Notes under the pieces: model-generated
What the model saw: only the letters and a program-made list of their open reading frames with translations
What the model was told of the DNA's origin: nothing
Database searches by the model: none
Part shown: positions 25,081 to 35,389 of the stretch, piece by piece
Layout of the letters: the number at the start of each line of letters is the position of its first letter
How positions within the stretch are numbered: the stretch's first letter is position 1
From: Phycisphaerae bacterium
Lineage (GTDB): Bacteria > Planctomycetota > Phycisphaerae > Sedimentisphaerales > Anaerobacaceae
DNA length: 41,106 nt
Direction: 5' to 3'
Assembly (NCBI GenBank): GCA_029858035.1
Contig: JAOUFU010000001.1
Coordinates: forward strand, 1 to 41,106
Translations under genes and position numbers: made by a program

Positions 25081-25380
25081 TTAAGCCGGGGGCTGGTCTT
25101 TGCTGTCGGATTTGACCATTTTGGCCACGAAGCCGATGGCTAGGCAAATCGCACCTGCTAATATCAGGATTATCGCCGGTATCAAGAGCGCCAGTAGGAG
25201 CTTTCCTGTTTCAGGCACCAGGGCCCCCAGGAAGACCGTCGTGATTGCCATCAGAAAGCCGAGCAGCAGCAGCTTGTTCGGAACCGAACGGACCGCCAGC
25301 ACTGTCAGAAAGGTCAGGACCAGGAAGACCACAGAGGAAACACCAACCGCCACCGCCGCATCACCAGACATTGCAAGCAT
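25081..25380 (-). CDS. Small integral membrane protein (about 3 TM helices)
   Basis: 99 aa, almost entirely hydrophobic (AVAVGVSSVVFLVLTFLTVLAV..., LLLLGFLMAITTVFLGALV..., LLLALLIPAIILILAGAICLAIGF). Confidence 0.55.
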   Translation of the reverse strand: MLAMSGDAAVAVGVSSVVFLVLTFLTVLAVRSVPNKLLLLGFLMAITTVFLGALVPETGKLLLALLIPAIILILAGAICLAIGFVAKMVKSDSKDQPPA

Positions 25381-25493
25381 ATCAAATCTCCTAAGTCAGT
25401 ATAACATGTTTTGCCATATTATAGTATCGCGCTGGGCCGTAGCAGGCAACAGTTTTCCGGCTGAGGGGCTTTTTTTTACACTGCGGAGAGGGA

Positions 25494-25522
25494 TTGACCT
25501 GGCGGGGCGATTTTGATATTGT
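25494..25522 (+). promoter_or_regulatory. Candidate sigma70-type promoter for the DUF503 gene
   Basis: TTGACC (25494-25499), a 17-nt spacer, then TATTGT (25517-25522), about 65 nt upstream of the ATG at 25589. Confidence 0.3.
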
Positions 25523-25588
25523 AATCCGTTGGCTTGGTATAGCAGGATTAGTAGAGCAGATACGAAGAACGAGTATTAAGAGTCAGGT

Positions 25589-25873
25589 ATGATTATCGGT
25601 GTGATGAAAGCTGAGATTCATATGCAGGGAATCACCTCACTGAAGGGAAAGAGGAGCATCGTCAAAAGCGTTATTGGTCGACTAAAGAGCAGGTTCAATG
25701 TCTCCGTTTCGGAGGTTGACCATCAGGACCAAAAGAGGAGTGCAGTTATTGGGATGGCATTGGTCTCGAATGAAACCCGTTTTATAGACCAGCAGTTCGA
25801 TGCAATAATTAATTTTATACAGAGAGACGGTCGATTCTACCTCGGACAAATTGAGCGGGAAACTTTTTCATAA
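25589..25873 (+). CDS. DUF503 (YlxP-like) family protein
   Basis: 94 aa. MIIGVMKAEIHMQGITSLKGKRSIVKSVIGRLKSRFNVSVSEVDHQDQKRSAVIGMALVSN matches the characteristic DUF503 pattern. Confidence 0.75.
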   Translation: MIIGVMKAEIHMQGITSLKGKRSIVKSVIGRLKSRFNVSVSEVDHQDQKRSAVIGMALVSNETRFIDQQFDAIINFIQRDGRFYLGQIERETFS

Positions 25874-25919
25874 TGCGATGCCTGTGTGAGGATGTTTTCA
25901 ACGGCATTTATGTAGTCTC

Positions 25920-26960
25920 TTAGAGAATCCTGTATGCGATAAAACTTGCGCAGAAAAGGATATCAATCGCTATTGCTAAAGAGAGAATAATCCGCCGCAG
26001 CGCAGCCAGTCGCAGTTTTGCGCGTGCCATAAAGAATATCACGGCTGTCGTGATTGCGCCGAGTATGTATAGCTTTGCGGTTTGTGTCAGGAGCCTTGCG
26101 TATTTTGCCCCAAGCCCTGCAAATATGTTGTGGTATTTTATCGCCAAAAGCAGGGTCATAATGGCAAGGGCCGCCATAATCATTGTGGTAATCAGGACCC
26201 ATTTTCTGTCGGCATAGCCGGCCAGGGCAAATCCCTGTATCCCCATACCAATCAGGATCGAGCAGCACAAAACAGGGATGGTCAGCCATATAATCGGGCT
26301 GATGTTGAAGAAGGGACCGCAGAAAGCCAGTATTGTACCGACGGCAAAGATTGCCATTATGCCGAACCGCCGGGCTTTCACCAGCATGGATGAACCGAGA
26401 ATCAGTGCAGCTATAGGGACATGGTAGAAGCCGACCAGAGGCATCGTTCTCTCAAGCGCGACGAGCGGAGCCAAAAGACCTGCTAATTCGACTAAATGTA
26501 ACTTAGTGTGTATTGGAATTGGGAAAAGGCGGTATTGGACGGATATTTGGAAAGCAAGCCATATCACCAAAAACGGCAGGGTTGAGAGCGGCGCGCTTAT
26601 CCACCACCGCTTTCTTTTCGAGTAGAGCGCGGCCGGGCAAAGCAGCCACGGTATACTTGCTGCTAAAAGACCGACCGATGGGTGGAAGCCGGATAACCAG
26701 AGCCCAAAGGGCCCAAAGCCATAGATGGCTCCTGCAAAAAAAGAGCCGACAAACGAAGATACCCACCGCCGACTCAGTACAAAACAGCCCAGAGCTGCTA
26801 GGCAAACATTTACAACCACAAGGTACTGAAGCGGACCGAACTTTTTGAAATACGGCTGAAACAGGCAGAAAGCAAAAACGGCATAAATGCCTGCTGATGC
26901 AGCGAACTTAGCGAACTTTATTTTGGATTTGTGACTATCGATTTTCAATACGCAAGTCAC
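25920..26960 (-). CDS. Polytopic integral membrane protein of unknown function
   Basis: 346 aa with about 9-10 hydrophobic spans. No family recognised. Confidence 0.5.
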   Translation of the reverse strand: MTCVLKIDSHKSKIKFAKFAASAGIYAVFAFCLFQPYFKKFGPLQYLVVVNVCLAALGCFVLSRRWVSSFVGSFFAGAIYGFGPFGLWLSGFHPSVGLLAASIPWLLCPAALYSKRKRWWISAPLSTLPFLVIWLAFQISVQYRLFPIPIHTKLHLVELAGLLAPLVALERTMPLVGFYHVPIAALILGSSMLVKARRFGIMAIFAVGTILAFCGPFFNISPIIWLTIPVLCCSILIGMGIQGFALAGYADRKWVLITTMIMAALAIMTLLLAIKYHNIFAGLGAKYARLLTQTAKLYILGAITTAVIFFMARAKLRLAALRRIILSLAIAIDILFCASFIAYRIL

Positions 26961-26998
26961 GGCCTTTTAAATTTTAGAATTATCTTGTAAAGCCCTGA

Positions 26999-28486
26999 TT
27001 AGAGGGGAATTTTTGTTTCTCTTACCTGCTTTGCAGGTGCTTTCTCTACATCCACTATATCTATTGCTGATTTGGGACGTGCTTGTTTTGGGCATTCACC
27101 AGTCCAGCAATACAGACAGAGTTTCTCTTTGGGCAACCCAATAGCCTGAACCATATCATCCACATCTTGATATCTAAGCGTGGAGACATCTAAATCCTTC
27201 TTAATCCATTCAACCATCCTTTTGTATTTTCCGCTGTTTGTGTCAATATATTTTGACACATTTTTTAGGTCATGGCCTTCCAGACTGCGAATGGCTTTGC
27301 GGGCGGCAAGTTCATGGGTGGAGCGTGTGGAAAGGTTGAACCGGCATGGAAACATCAGTGGTGGGCAGGCGGGTCTTACGTGTATTTCCTTGGCGCCGCA
27401 ATCCCAGAGTTTCTTTATGGTGAAGTTCTTAAGCTGCGTTCCCCTCACGATAGAATCTTCGCAAACAACAATGCTGTTGCCCTTAATGACCTCTTCAATG
27501 GGGATGAGTTTCATCTTTGCAATGAGGTCGCGTGTCTGTTGTGAAGGTGGCGTATAACTTCTGCCGTATCCCGGCGTATATTTCACAAGTGGCCGTCTAA
27601 ATGGCTTCCCGGATTCCATCGCATACCCTAATCCGTGCGCAGCACCGGAGTCAGGAACACCTGAGACCACGTCGACATTAATGTCCTTGTCACGTTTTGC
27701 AAGGCAGCGGCCACATCTTTCCCTGACAATTTCTACGTTTATTCCTTCATAGCTTGACGCGGGAAAGCCGGTATATATCCATAGAAATGCACAAATTTGG
27801 TTTATGTTTCCTTTACTTGCTCTTCTTTGCACTATGCCATCTTCATTGATCAGGATTATTTCTCCCGGCTCGAGGTATTTTGTTATCTCGAAGTCATTAT
27901 TTGGAAAAGCGCAGGTCTCACTCGTGACCGCCCATGCATCTTCCCGCTTGCCTGTGATAAGTGGCGTATATCCAAATCTGTCTCTTGCCGCATATATGCC
28001 GGCTCGGTTGAGCAGCAGAAGTGAGCAGGAGCCCTCTATAGCATCAAACATTTTCTCTATGCCGTCTACGAGGTCGTTTCCCTGGCTGATTAGTTTTGCA
28101 ATCAGCTCGGTAGCATTAACCGCTTTTTTGCTTACCTCGCTGAAGGAGATTCCTTTCTTTAACAGCTTTGCCGCTAACTCCTCGGTGTTTTCTATGATTC
28201 CGTTGGTGACTATGCAAAAAGGCCCGAATTTTGAGTTTAGATAAATAGGCTGTTCATCCGAGGCACTGATTACACCAATGCCCTTGTTGCCTTTCATGTG
28301 CTTATAGTCGTCATAAAATTTTGACTTGAACTGGCTCTGGCTCACGTCATGTATCTGGCGCGTGAAATCCTCTCCAAGCACCGCCAAACCTCCATATTCG
28401 GTTCCGAGATGCGAATGGTAATCTGTGCTGTAGAGAAGAGTTTCTGCGCAGTCACCCTTTGAGACCACTCCAAAGATGCCGCTCAT
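26999..28486 (-). CDS. PurF-like amidophosphoribosyltransferase paralog with a degenerate glutaminase active site
   Basis: 495 aa from ATG 28486-28484 (strong RBS AAGGAGGT 5 nt upstream); the ORF-track start at 28558 is an upstream extension. The N-terminus is MSGIFGVV, with AGC Ser where class-II amidotransferases have the nucleophile Cys. The PRTase motifs are intact: VSGVPDSGAAHGLGYA and IVVCEDSIVRGTQ. Confidence 0.75.
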   Translation of the reverse strand: MSGIFGVVSKGDCAETLLYSTDYHSHLGTEYGGLAVLGEDFTRQIHDVSQSQFKSKFYDDYKHMKGNKGIGVISASDEQPIYLNSKFGPFCIVTNGIIENTEELAAKLLKKGISFSEVSKKAVNATELIAKLISQGNDLVDGIEKMFDAIEGSCSLLLLNRAGIYAARDRFGYTPLITGKREDAWAVTSETCAFPNNDFEITKYLEPGEIILINEDGIVQRRASKGNINQICAFLWIYTGFPASSYEGINVEIVRERCGRCLAKRDKDINVDVVSGVPDSGAAHGLGYAMESGKPFRRPLVKYTPGYGRSYTPPSQQTRDLIAKMKLIPIEEVIKGNSIVVCEDSIVRGTQLKNFTIKKLWDCGAKEIHVRPACPPLMFPCRFNLSTRSTHELAARKAIRSLEGHDLKNVSKYIDTNSGKYKRMVEWIKKDLDVSTLRYQDVDDMVQAIGLPKEKLCLYCWTGECPKQARPKSAIDIVDVEKAPAKQVRETKIPL

Positions 28487-28575
28487 ATTTACCTCCTTTG
28501 TGATATGTGATTTTCGTTCAGAGTGCTTAGCGACGCTGCTAAGCCATGTAATTGCCACATTTTGTCATCCATAAG

Positions 28576-29649
28576 CTATTTAAGGATTACTTTGCCGGTC
28601 CCTGTTGTGATTCTTCCTATTCTATAAACCTTCTCGCCGAAATGCGAGAGTTTTTTAGCTATCGAATTGGCGAAGTCCTCCGCCACTATCAGCACGAATC
28701 CTATCCCCATATTAAAGACCCGGAACATCTCAGCCTCTTCGACGGGTCCTGATTCTTGTAGAAATGAAAATATCTTGTGCTTTGGCCAGCTCGATTTTTT
28801 AATAACCGCATTGCAATCTTTCGGCAGCACTCTCGGAATATTCCCAACAAGCCCACCGCCTGTAATGTGGGCCATGCCGTGGACGATGCGTTTGACCTTA
28901 TACTTCGAGAGCAGTTTCACTATCGGCCGAACATAAATCCGCGTCGGCTCCAGCAGGACGTCGCCCAGCATGGCACCGTCGAGTTCCTCCAATGTATCGG
29001 TCGTTTTAAGATTAGCCTGCTTGAAACAGATATTGCGAACGAGTGAATAGCCGTTACTGTGCAATCCGCTTGAGGCCAGGCCGAGTATTACATCACCTTT
29101 CCTGATTGTTTTGCCGTTGATGATTTTTTTCCGCTCGACTATACCTACTGCGAATCCGGCCATATCGAAGTCTCCTTTGCCGTAGGTATCCGGCATTTCA
29201 GCGGTTTCACCTCCTATCAAGGCACAATCAGCCAGGCAACAGCCGGCGGCGACGCCCTTTATCATTTCGGCAATTATCTTCGGCTCCAGTTTATTGACAG
29301 CCAGATAGTCCAGGAAGAACAACGGTTCGGCCCCCTGAACGAGCATGTCATTGACGTTCATCGCCACCAAATCGATGCCTACAGTGTCAAACTTTTTGAT
29401 TTTGCCGGCTATTTTAACTTTGCTGCCTACGCCATCGGTGCAGGCTACCAGGACCGGGTTTTTGTAATTCCTTTTGAAGAGTCTTTCATCGTAGTCGAGA
29501 CGAAACATTCCTGCAAACGCATTCTCGGATTCTATGACTCGCGGCCCGAATGTGCTGGCAACGCAGGACTGGATTTGCCGAACCATCTCGTCGCCGGCAT
29601 CGATGCTCACGCCCGTTTGTTCGTAGCTGATATATTTCGTATCTTGCAT
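28576..29649 (-). CDS. purM: Phosphoribosylformylglycinamidine cyclo-ligase (AIR synthetase)
   Basis: 357 aa with typical PurM motifs: FAGMFRLD, LVACTDGVGSKVKIA, GIDLVAMNVNDMLVQGAEPLFFLDYLA, LIGGETAEMP, GLASSGLHSNGYSLVR and AHITGGGL. Confidence 0.93.
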   Translation of the reverse strand: MQDTKYISYEQTGVSIDAGDEMVRQIQSCVASTFGPRVIESENAFAGMFRLDYDERLFKRNYKNPVLVACTDGVGSKVKIAGKIKKFDTVGIDLVAMNVNDMLVQGAEPLFFLDYLAVNKLEPKIIAEMIKGVAAGCCLADCALIGGETAEMPDTYGKGDFDMAGFAVGIVERKKIINGKTIRKGDVILGLASSGLHSNGYSLVRNICFKQANLKTTDTLEELDGAMLGDVLLEPTRIYVRPIVKLLSKYKVKRIVHGMAHITGGGLVGNIPRVLPKDCNAVIKKSSWPKHKIFSFLQESGPVEEAEMFRVFNMGIGFVLIVAEDFANSIAKKLSHFGEKVYRIGRITTGTGKVILK

Positions 29650-29667
29650 TTCGCTTTAAGAGTTATG

Positions 29668-31104
29668 CTACACGTTGTCTTTATCGAACATATACATCTG
29701 ATTGTGTTCCATAGAAAACTTGTTAAACGCAATATCTACCGGAATTGGATATTTGCCGATCCAGCAGGCAGTACAATAGTGGTCTTTCGGCAGTGCCGCA
29801 CAAGACAGCAAACCATCGAGCGATTGGTAACCAATACTGTCCACTTCAAGAAATTCTTTGATTTGCTCCAGATTGCGATTATTTGCCAGCAGTTCTTCTT
29901 TGGTGGGAAAATCGACACCGTAAAAACAGGGGAATCTTATCGGCGGGCAGCTCACCCGCAAATGGATTTCCTTTGCGCCTGCCTGTCGTAGAGCCCTGAT
30001 CTTGCCTCTTGTGGTCGTGCCGCGAACGATTGAATCGTCCACGACTACGACACGTTTGCCGCATACGGCTTCTTTTACCACGGCCAGCTTCAGTTTCACT
30101 TCGAGTTCTCTTAATTTTTGGTCCGGAGAGATAAATGTTCTGCCAATGTAGTGGCTCCTGACCAGTCCCATATCGAAAGGCAGCTTGCTTTGTTCTGCGT
30201 ATCCTATAGCCGATGATGTTCCTGAGTCCGGCACGGGTATTACTACGTCTGCATTGGCCGGATGGTCTATTGCCAGTTGCTTTCCGAGTTTTTTTCTAAG
30301 TTCATGCACGTTTTCGCCGAAAATCAGAGAGTTTTGTTTTGCGAAATAGATATGTTCAAAGATACAGTGGGCTGGTGTGATAGTGCCGGGTTTGACGAAA
30401 AATCTGCTGGAAAGGCCGTTTTTGTCCAGTTGAACGATTTCACCGGGTTCAACTTCGCGAATGAACTTTGCCTCTACGGCATCGAGAGCGCAGGTTTCAC
30501 TGGCTACGACGAAGCTTCCTTTTTCGGTTTGGCCGATGCATAAAGGTCTGATGCCGCAAGGGTCACGGGACGCTTCAATCCGGTCGGCAAACAAAAACAG
30601 CAGGCAGTAAGCTCCCTGAAGGTGATTCAATACGTGTGCCAATGGGTCGGGTTTGGCAACATGGGTCGGCTTTGCAAGCAAATGGATAATTATTTCAGTA
30701 TCACCTGTTGATTTGAAGATACTGCCGTATGCCTCGTATTCATCCCGTAGCAGCGAAGCGTTTACGAGATTGCCGTTATGGGCCACTGCCACCTGCCCAC
30801 CGGAGTACTCGGCCAAAAGAGGCTGACTGTTAACGGCCTTGCTGGCACCCGTCGTTGAATACCGCACGTGGCCGATCGCTATTGGGTTAGCCAGTTTCTC
30901 CAGAAGCCCCGAACCACTGCGGAAAACCCTCCTTATCATACCCATACCTGTATGGCACCGGATTAAGTCAGTGTTGCTGGAGGCGATCCCTGCTGATTCC
31001 TGACCGCGGTGCTGAAGACTATGCAAACCGACATAGGTCTTTTGAATGGCTTCCTCATCACCAAAAATGCCGAATAAACCGCAGCTTTCCTTTTTTTCGG
31101 ACAC
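29668..31104 (-). CDS. purF: Amidophosphoribosyltransferase (canonical, with short propeptide and Fe-S cysteines)
   Basis: 478 aa. MSEKKES-CGLFGIFG carries the nucleophile Cys after a propeptide. Also present: LQHRGQESAGIA, IGHVRYSTTG, VAHNGNLVN, GDTEII, PVPDSGTSSAIGYA and VVVVDDSIVRGTT, plus C-terminal CxxxxxC/CTAC cysteines. Confidence 0.93.
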   Translation of the reverse strand: MSEKKESCGLFGIFGDEEAIQKTYVGLHSLQHRGQESAGIASSNTDLIRCHTGMGMIRRVFRSGSGLLEKLANPIAIGHVRYSTTGASKAVNSQPLLAEYSGGQVAVAHNGNLVNASLLRDEYEAYGSIFKSTGDTEIIIHLLAKPTHVAKPDPLAHVLNHLQGAYCLLFLFADRIEASRDPCGIRPLCIGQTEKGSFVVASETCALDAVEAKFIREVEPGEIVQLDKNGLSSRFFVKPGTITPAHCIFEHIYFAKQNSLIFGENVHELRKKLGKQLAIDHPANADVVIPVPDSGTSSAIGYAEQSKLPFDMGLVRSHYIGRTFISPDQKLRELEVKLKLAVVKEAVCGKRVVVVDDSIVRGTTTRGKIRALRQAGAKEIHLRVSCPPIRFPCFYGVDFPTKEELLANNRNLEQIKEFLEVDSIGYQSLDGLLSCAALPKDHYCTACWIGKYPIPVDIAFNKFSMEHNQMYMFDKDNV

Positions 31105-31253
31105 GACCGGAACCTATTGGTTTCTGAAATTATTTTCGTATTGTGAATTTCACGGTTGATGATTCAATTCGCGATTCACGAATCAGTATTTTAGTAGATT
31201 GCTCACCTAAGTCAACTAATTCTCGGATTGTGCCGGAGTTGAAGCATAAAATG

Positions 31254-31281
31254 TTGACAGATTCGTTTTTGACGGGATAAT
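31254..31281 (+). promoter_or_regulatory. Candidate sigma70-type promoter for the PPIase gene
   Basis: TTGACA (31254-31259), a 16-nt spacer, then GATAAT (31276-31281), about 50 nt upstream of ATG 31334. Confidence 0.35.
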
Positions 31282-31333
31282 GGTCCTTTTATTGCCGATG
31301 AGGTTTTTAAACGTATTAAGAAAGGTAAAAATT

Positions 31334-32425
31334 ATGAAAAGATATCTGACAATTGTGGCTTGGCTTGTAATATTAGTTGTTGCTTTTGGTTGCCGACAGA
31401 AGCCCTCTGCCGAGACCGAGAAGGAGGGACCTGAACCGAACGCCCCTGCCCAGGTTGACACGAATGTTGTTGAACCGAAACAGGCAACTAAAGCGGCGTC
31501 AGACGGAGTTGCTGTAACCGTCAACGGCGTGGCTATTATGGAAACAGATATAGAAGCGGATATTAAGAAGATGACTGCACAAGCGCCGCCTGCGTACGTT
31601 GAGCAGAACAAGGAACGATTCAGGCAACAAGTGCTGGACAGAAGGATCGCAATACAACTGATAGGCGAAAAAGCAAGGGCAGCCAAAATAACCGTTACTG
31701 AAGAAGATATACGTGTTCAGGTCAACGAAATAGTCGATCAGCAGAGGATGTCCGTAGAAGAGTTCAAGAAAATGCTGCAAAGCCGCGGCATGGATTATGA
31801 TGAATGGGAGCAACAGGTCCAGTGGGGTGTCATGCTTGGGAAATTGGTTGAGGCCGATTTTGGCGATCAGCTAACTATTACAGATACCGATGCCAACAAC
31901 TTCTATTCTGCAAATATAAAGCAGTTTGACACTCCTGAGCAGGTCAGAGTGAGTCATATTCTTGTCCTACCTGATACTACCGACCCTAACACCGACCCTA
32001 ATGAGGCAAAAGCCAAAGCGCTGGCGAAGGCGCAAGACTTGCTCAAACAAATCAAAGAGGGTGCCGATTTTGCCGAATTAGCCAAAGCTACTGGAGGATA
32101 TCCTTCGGCACCAAGAGGTGGTGACCTGGGTTTTAGACCCAGAGGTGTATGGGATGAACCCTTTGAAAAAGTCGCTTTCGAATTAAAGATCGGGCAGACA
32201 AGCGACGTCGTGGAGACCCGGTTTGGATATCATATAATAAAGGTTACCGACCGCAAAGAAGCCAGTCGTAAAACATTTGAGCAGGCCGGGGACGAGATCA
32301 AAAGCATGCTGAAGCGAAGAAAGCAAAGCGAACTTTTTCAAAAGTATCTCGTGCAGCTCAGGACCGAGGCGAACATCGTTTATCCGCCCGGCAAAGAGCC
32401 TCCACCGGCACCTCCCGGCCTATAA
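31334..32425 (+). CDS. Parvulin-type peptidyl-prolyl cis-trans isomerase, SurA/PrsA-like, probable lipoprotein
   Basis: 363 aa from ATG 31334. The signal and lipobox-like sequence is MKRYLTIVAWLVILVVAFGC. An N-terminal chaperone-like region is followed by a PpiC domain: VRVSHILV...GADFAELAK...GGDLGF...FGYHIIKVTD. Confidence 0.85.
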   Translation: MKRYLTIVAWLVILVVAFGCRQKPSAETEKEGPEPNAPAQVDTNVVEPKQATKAASDGVAVTVNGVAIMETDIEADIKKMTAQAPPAYVEQNKERFRQQVLDRRIAIQLIGEKARAAKITVTEEDIRVQVNEIVDQQRMSVEEFKKMLQSRGMDYDEWEQQVQWGVMLGKLVEADFGDQLTITDTDANNFYSANIKQFDTPEQVRVSHILVLPDTTDPNTDPNEAKAKALAKAQDLLKQIKEGADFAELAKATGGYPSAPRGGDLGFRPRGVWDEPFEKVAFELKIGQTSDVVETRFGYHIIKVTDRKEASRKTFEQAGDEIKSMLKRRKQSELFQKYLVQLRTEANIVYPPGKEPPPAPPGL

Positions 32426-32447
32426 TCGGAGGTTCACCTTAAAAAAC

Positions 32448-33251
32448 TCAGTGTAAGAGTGTGGCCGGGTCGAGATTGGCTGATTCTATATCTTTGAAGT
32501 ATTTTACGGTGCCTACCTTTAGCTCAGCGGTCGCCTCTTCGTCGCAGACGATGATACCTTTCTTGTGCAGTTGAAGGGCGCTGATTGTCCACATATGATT
32601 TACACCCTCTTCGACGGCGTGCTGCAATGCGCGGGCCTTATTATGACCGTTGACAATAATCAGGACTTCCTCAGCGTCAAGTACGGTTCCTACGCCCACG
32701 GTCAGGGCGGTTTTGGGGACTTTGTTAATGTCGTCGTCAAAAAATCGCGAATTGGCCACGATAGTGTCGTAAGTTAGTGTTTTGATGCGTGTTCTTGACG
32801 ATAGTGACGAGCCAGGCTCATTAAACGCTATGTGGCCGTCGGGACCTATGCCGCCGACAAAAAGCTTGACGCCACCTGCTTTTTTAATTTTTTCTTCGTA
32901 GCCCGCACATTCGGCTTCAAGGTCACGGGCATTGCCGTTGAGAATGTTGACGTTGTCTTTTGGAATATCTATGTGGCTGAAAAGATATTTATTCATAAAT
33001 GAATGATAGCTTTCAGGGTGGTCCTCGGGAAGATTCACATATTCGTCCATATTAAAGGTAACAACATTCTTGAATGAAACTACTCCAGACTTGCAAAGCT
33101 CCACAAGTTCGTTATACATCCCTATCGGCGAGGAGCCTGTAGGAAGGCCCAGCACAAAAGGTTTCGAGTTAAATTCAATTATCTTTTTGGCAACGTAGTT
33201 GGCGGCCCATTTGGTTGCTAATTCATAACTTGGCTCAATGATGACTCTCAT
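32448..33251 (-). CDS. nagB: Glucosamine-6-phosphate deaminase
   Basis: 267 aa, near-colinear with enterobacterial NagB: [82 protein letters not shown] and [13 protein letters not shown]. Confidence 0.95.
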   Translation of the reverse strand: MRVIIEPSYELATKWAANYVAKKIIEFNSKPFVLGLPTGSSPIGMYNELVELCKSGVVSFKNVVTFNMDEYVNLPEDHPESYHSFMNKYLFSHIDIPKDNVNILNGNARDLEAECAGYEEKIKKAGGVKLFVGGIGPDGHIAFNEPGSSLSSRTRIKTLTYDTIVANSRFFDDDINKVPKTALTVGVGTVLDAEEVLIIVNGHNKARALQHAVEEGVNHMWTISALQLHKKGIIVCDEEATAELKVGTVKYFKDIESANLDPATLLH

Positions 33252-33274
33252 ACATTTCTCCTTGTTCGATTTAG

Positions 33275-35272
33275 TTATTGTTGACGAAATTTCTCCATTC
33301 GGCTGATAAGCTCATCGCCGAGAGCTGTTTTGCTGGTTATATGATGTTCGATCTCAGAAACAAAACTATCTTCTTCAAAGAGTCCTCTCACCGCTGCGAA
33401 GTCGCTATGTCTTGTTGTTTCATCACCGTCGAGGCCGTACCCGATTTGAACGGTAGCGGCAAATTCCTTTTTGGCATCGGCAAAGAGGGCGTTGTCGAGT
33501 TCTACGACGGCCTTTTTCCATCTTGTTGTTAGTTCAATAATATCGTCTGCAGTTATTTTGTCAATCATTTTTGAAAGACGCTGTTGTAAAACATTTGCTG
33601 TCCAGGCCCACTCATACACTTCATATCTGCTGTGTATTGAGCGGAAAGTCTCTGTTAAATCATCCAGCGTGCGGATAGATTCGTTTTCAATATCGAAGAG
33701 TAACTTTTGAACGGCCTGTTCCGGAGCGAACAGGCCGGCCAGGTCGACCCACTTGCCAGGCCCTATGTTTGTTTCTGGCTGAAGTACCGTCCGAAGTTCG
33801 TCAACGTTTTCAAGTTGTTTGTTTTCAATCCTTTTAATAAGACAATTGCCCAGGAATTTATCAATGCTCATCTTGTAGAATTTTATGCCTCTGTCCAGAG
33901 AGGAGTTCTTAATTCTGACATTGTTGTAGGTATAGTATTCTGTGTTTTTGCCGGAGGTTGTTTTAAGCTTTTCAAGTAGCTGGCAGCCGTTGAGCATTTT
34001 CTGAATTGTATAGGGGCTTAAAAGTCTGAAATTTATGTAGTCGAGTTTTTTAGGACTTTTCCGCCTGTCGCGTCTCGGCCATTTTCGAGCGTCTCGGATG
34101 GTACCAACGCTGCGTAAATTCACACCGGGGACAAGAATGCTTTCATCTTCGTGCTCAATCAGGTATGAAAAAGGCAAATCTGAAGTATCTGAGTTCCTGT
34201 AGTGTCTTCCCATGACGACTGTAAAAGCCCCAACCTTTGCCGGCCAGAGCATATATGAGTCACTGGCGGTCTTGGAGCCCCGTTCCACTACGCCTTGATG
34301 GGTCGGTCCCAGTTTGTACATGTGGTTGCTTTGGTTAGTGCCGCTGCCGGCATTCAAAAAGGAAAACAACCCGGCAATAAGCAATGTGGATTTATGATGC
34401 GTTACGGTGTAGGGCCCCGCAAATATCGCGCATGCTTCACCGTGGAAACCACCGCAGTTGGCAAAGAATACCGAGTTTTCCGCGGAATACTGCTTGGCTA
34501 ATTCCGTGCCCTGCCCTACGAAGCATTTGCATATTATTGTGCCGTCGGTAATCTTCGAGTCGCTGCAGAAGATAAAATCTTCTGCAAAAACGCCGGGACC
34601 GATATAAACAGGGCCTTCAGGGCGGCTATTGATTGAGCCGTTCTCAAGCCTGTTTATTCCCTCGATAAGACTTAACGGGCCTACTTTCACGTTTTTGATA
34701 ATTCGGCAGTTTATAAGCTTTGCACCTTTTGCCACAAGGCCAGTAGAGGAGGTGACGGAAACGGTGTAGTGGGCTATCATTTTTTGCAGGTTTTCAATGA
34801 CTTTCGGCCGATGACGATAAAAAGCTATTATATAAGCTGTGTGGGCGGACAAGTTGTCATAAATCGGTATTTCTCTGCCGCCGGCCTCATTGACAACAGC
34901 AACCTCGGTGCCATTGCCAAATGAGCTTTCGCCTTCCACTGCAAGCAGGTCGATGTTGTCTATTACCACATCATCCTCGATTATATAGTTGGCGATGTAG
35001 TTTCTTATCTGGTTTATGTAGACATTGTCGCCGATAGTGCAATTGTGGATTGTTGCGTTGCTGATCCCTGCCGGCTTCGTAACGCCGCCGAAAAAGGATA
35101 CGTCCTTCTCAAACACACCCAGCTTTATGTAACCGCAAAAATGTGTAGATTTTACTTTTGCCGGGTCAAAGCCTTCAGCAACCTCAACCTTCGACCAGTC
35201 GGCACAACTGCAGCCTTGCTCAGTGAGCCTGGCAATTTCCTCGGAAGATAAAGGACGAAATTCTGTTGCCAT
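33275..35272 (-). CDS. DUF4954-like protein with hexapeptide/beta-helix-like N-terminal half
   Basis: 665 aa from ATG 35272 ([37 protein letters not shown]...). I remember this N-terminal pattern from DUF4954 proteins. Repetitive I/V-x-N/D-rich coils are present ([30 protein letters not shown]). The family assignment rests on memory only. Confidence 0.5.
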   Translation of the reverse strand: MATEFRPLSSEEIARLTEQGCSCADWSKVEVAEGFDPAKVKSTHFCGYIKLGVFEKDVSFFGGVTKPAGISNATIHNCTIGDNVYINQIRNYIANYIIEDDVVIDNIDLLAVEGESSFGNGTEVAVVNEAGGREIPIYDNLSAHTAYIIAFYRHRPKVIENLQKMIAHYTVSVTSSTGLVAKGAKLINCRIIKNVKVGPLSLIEGINRLENGSINSRPEGPVYIGPGVFAEDFIFCSDSKITDGTIICKCFVGQGTELAKQYSAENSVFFANCGGFHGEACAIFAGPYTVTHHKSTLLIAGLFSFLNAGSGTNQSNHMYKLGPTHQGVVERGSKTASDSYMLWPAKVGAFTVVMGRHYRNSDTSDLPFSYLIEHEDESILVPGVNLRSVGTIRDARKWPRRDRRKSPKKLDYINFRLLSPYTIQKMLNGCQLLEKLKTTSGKNTEYYTYNNVRIKNSSLDRGIKFYKMSIDKFLGNCLIKRIENKQLENVDELRTVLQPETNIGPGKWVDLAGLFAPEQAVQKLLFDIENESIRTLDDLTETFRSIHSRYEVYEWAWTANVLQQRLSKMIDKITADDIIELTTRWKKAVVELDNALFADAKKEFAATVQIGYGLDGDETTRHSDFAAVRGLFEEDSFVSEIEHHITSKTALGDELISRMEKFRQQ

Positions 35273-35389
35273 TGTTATCTCCAGTTTTTTAATGAGACAA
35301 ATTTGACATCCGGTTTTATCGCAGAACAAGTGTGTTTAGTCAAGTTTTTTTGGCCATACTATTGTTATTGAGAAGCCTGAGACTCTTGC

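Noticed and set aside
24638-25147. 169-aa minus-strand ORF, together with the similar antisense ORFs 12389..12745, 31216..31686 and 16885..17208.
   Set aside because: Each lies antisense to a better-supported gene with RBS, signal peptide or family motifs, and their own translations are low-complexity.
28487-28558. 24-codon N-terminal extension of the PurF paralog (MAITWLSSVAKHSERKSHITKEVN).
   Set aside because: A strong AAGGAGGT RBS sits 5 nt before the internal ATG. That ATG yields the family-typical M-x-G-I-F-G N-terminus.
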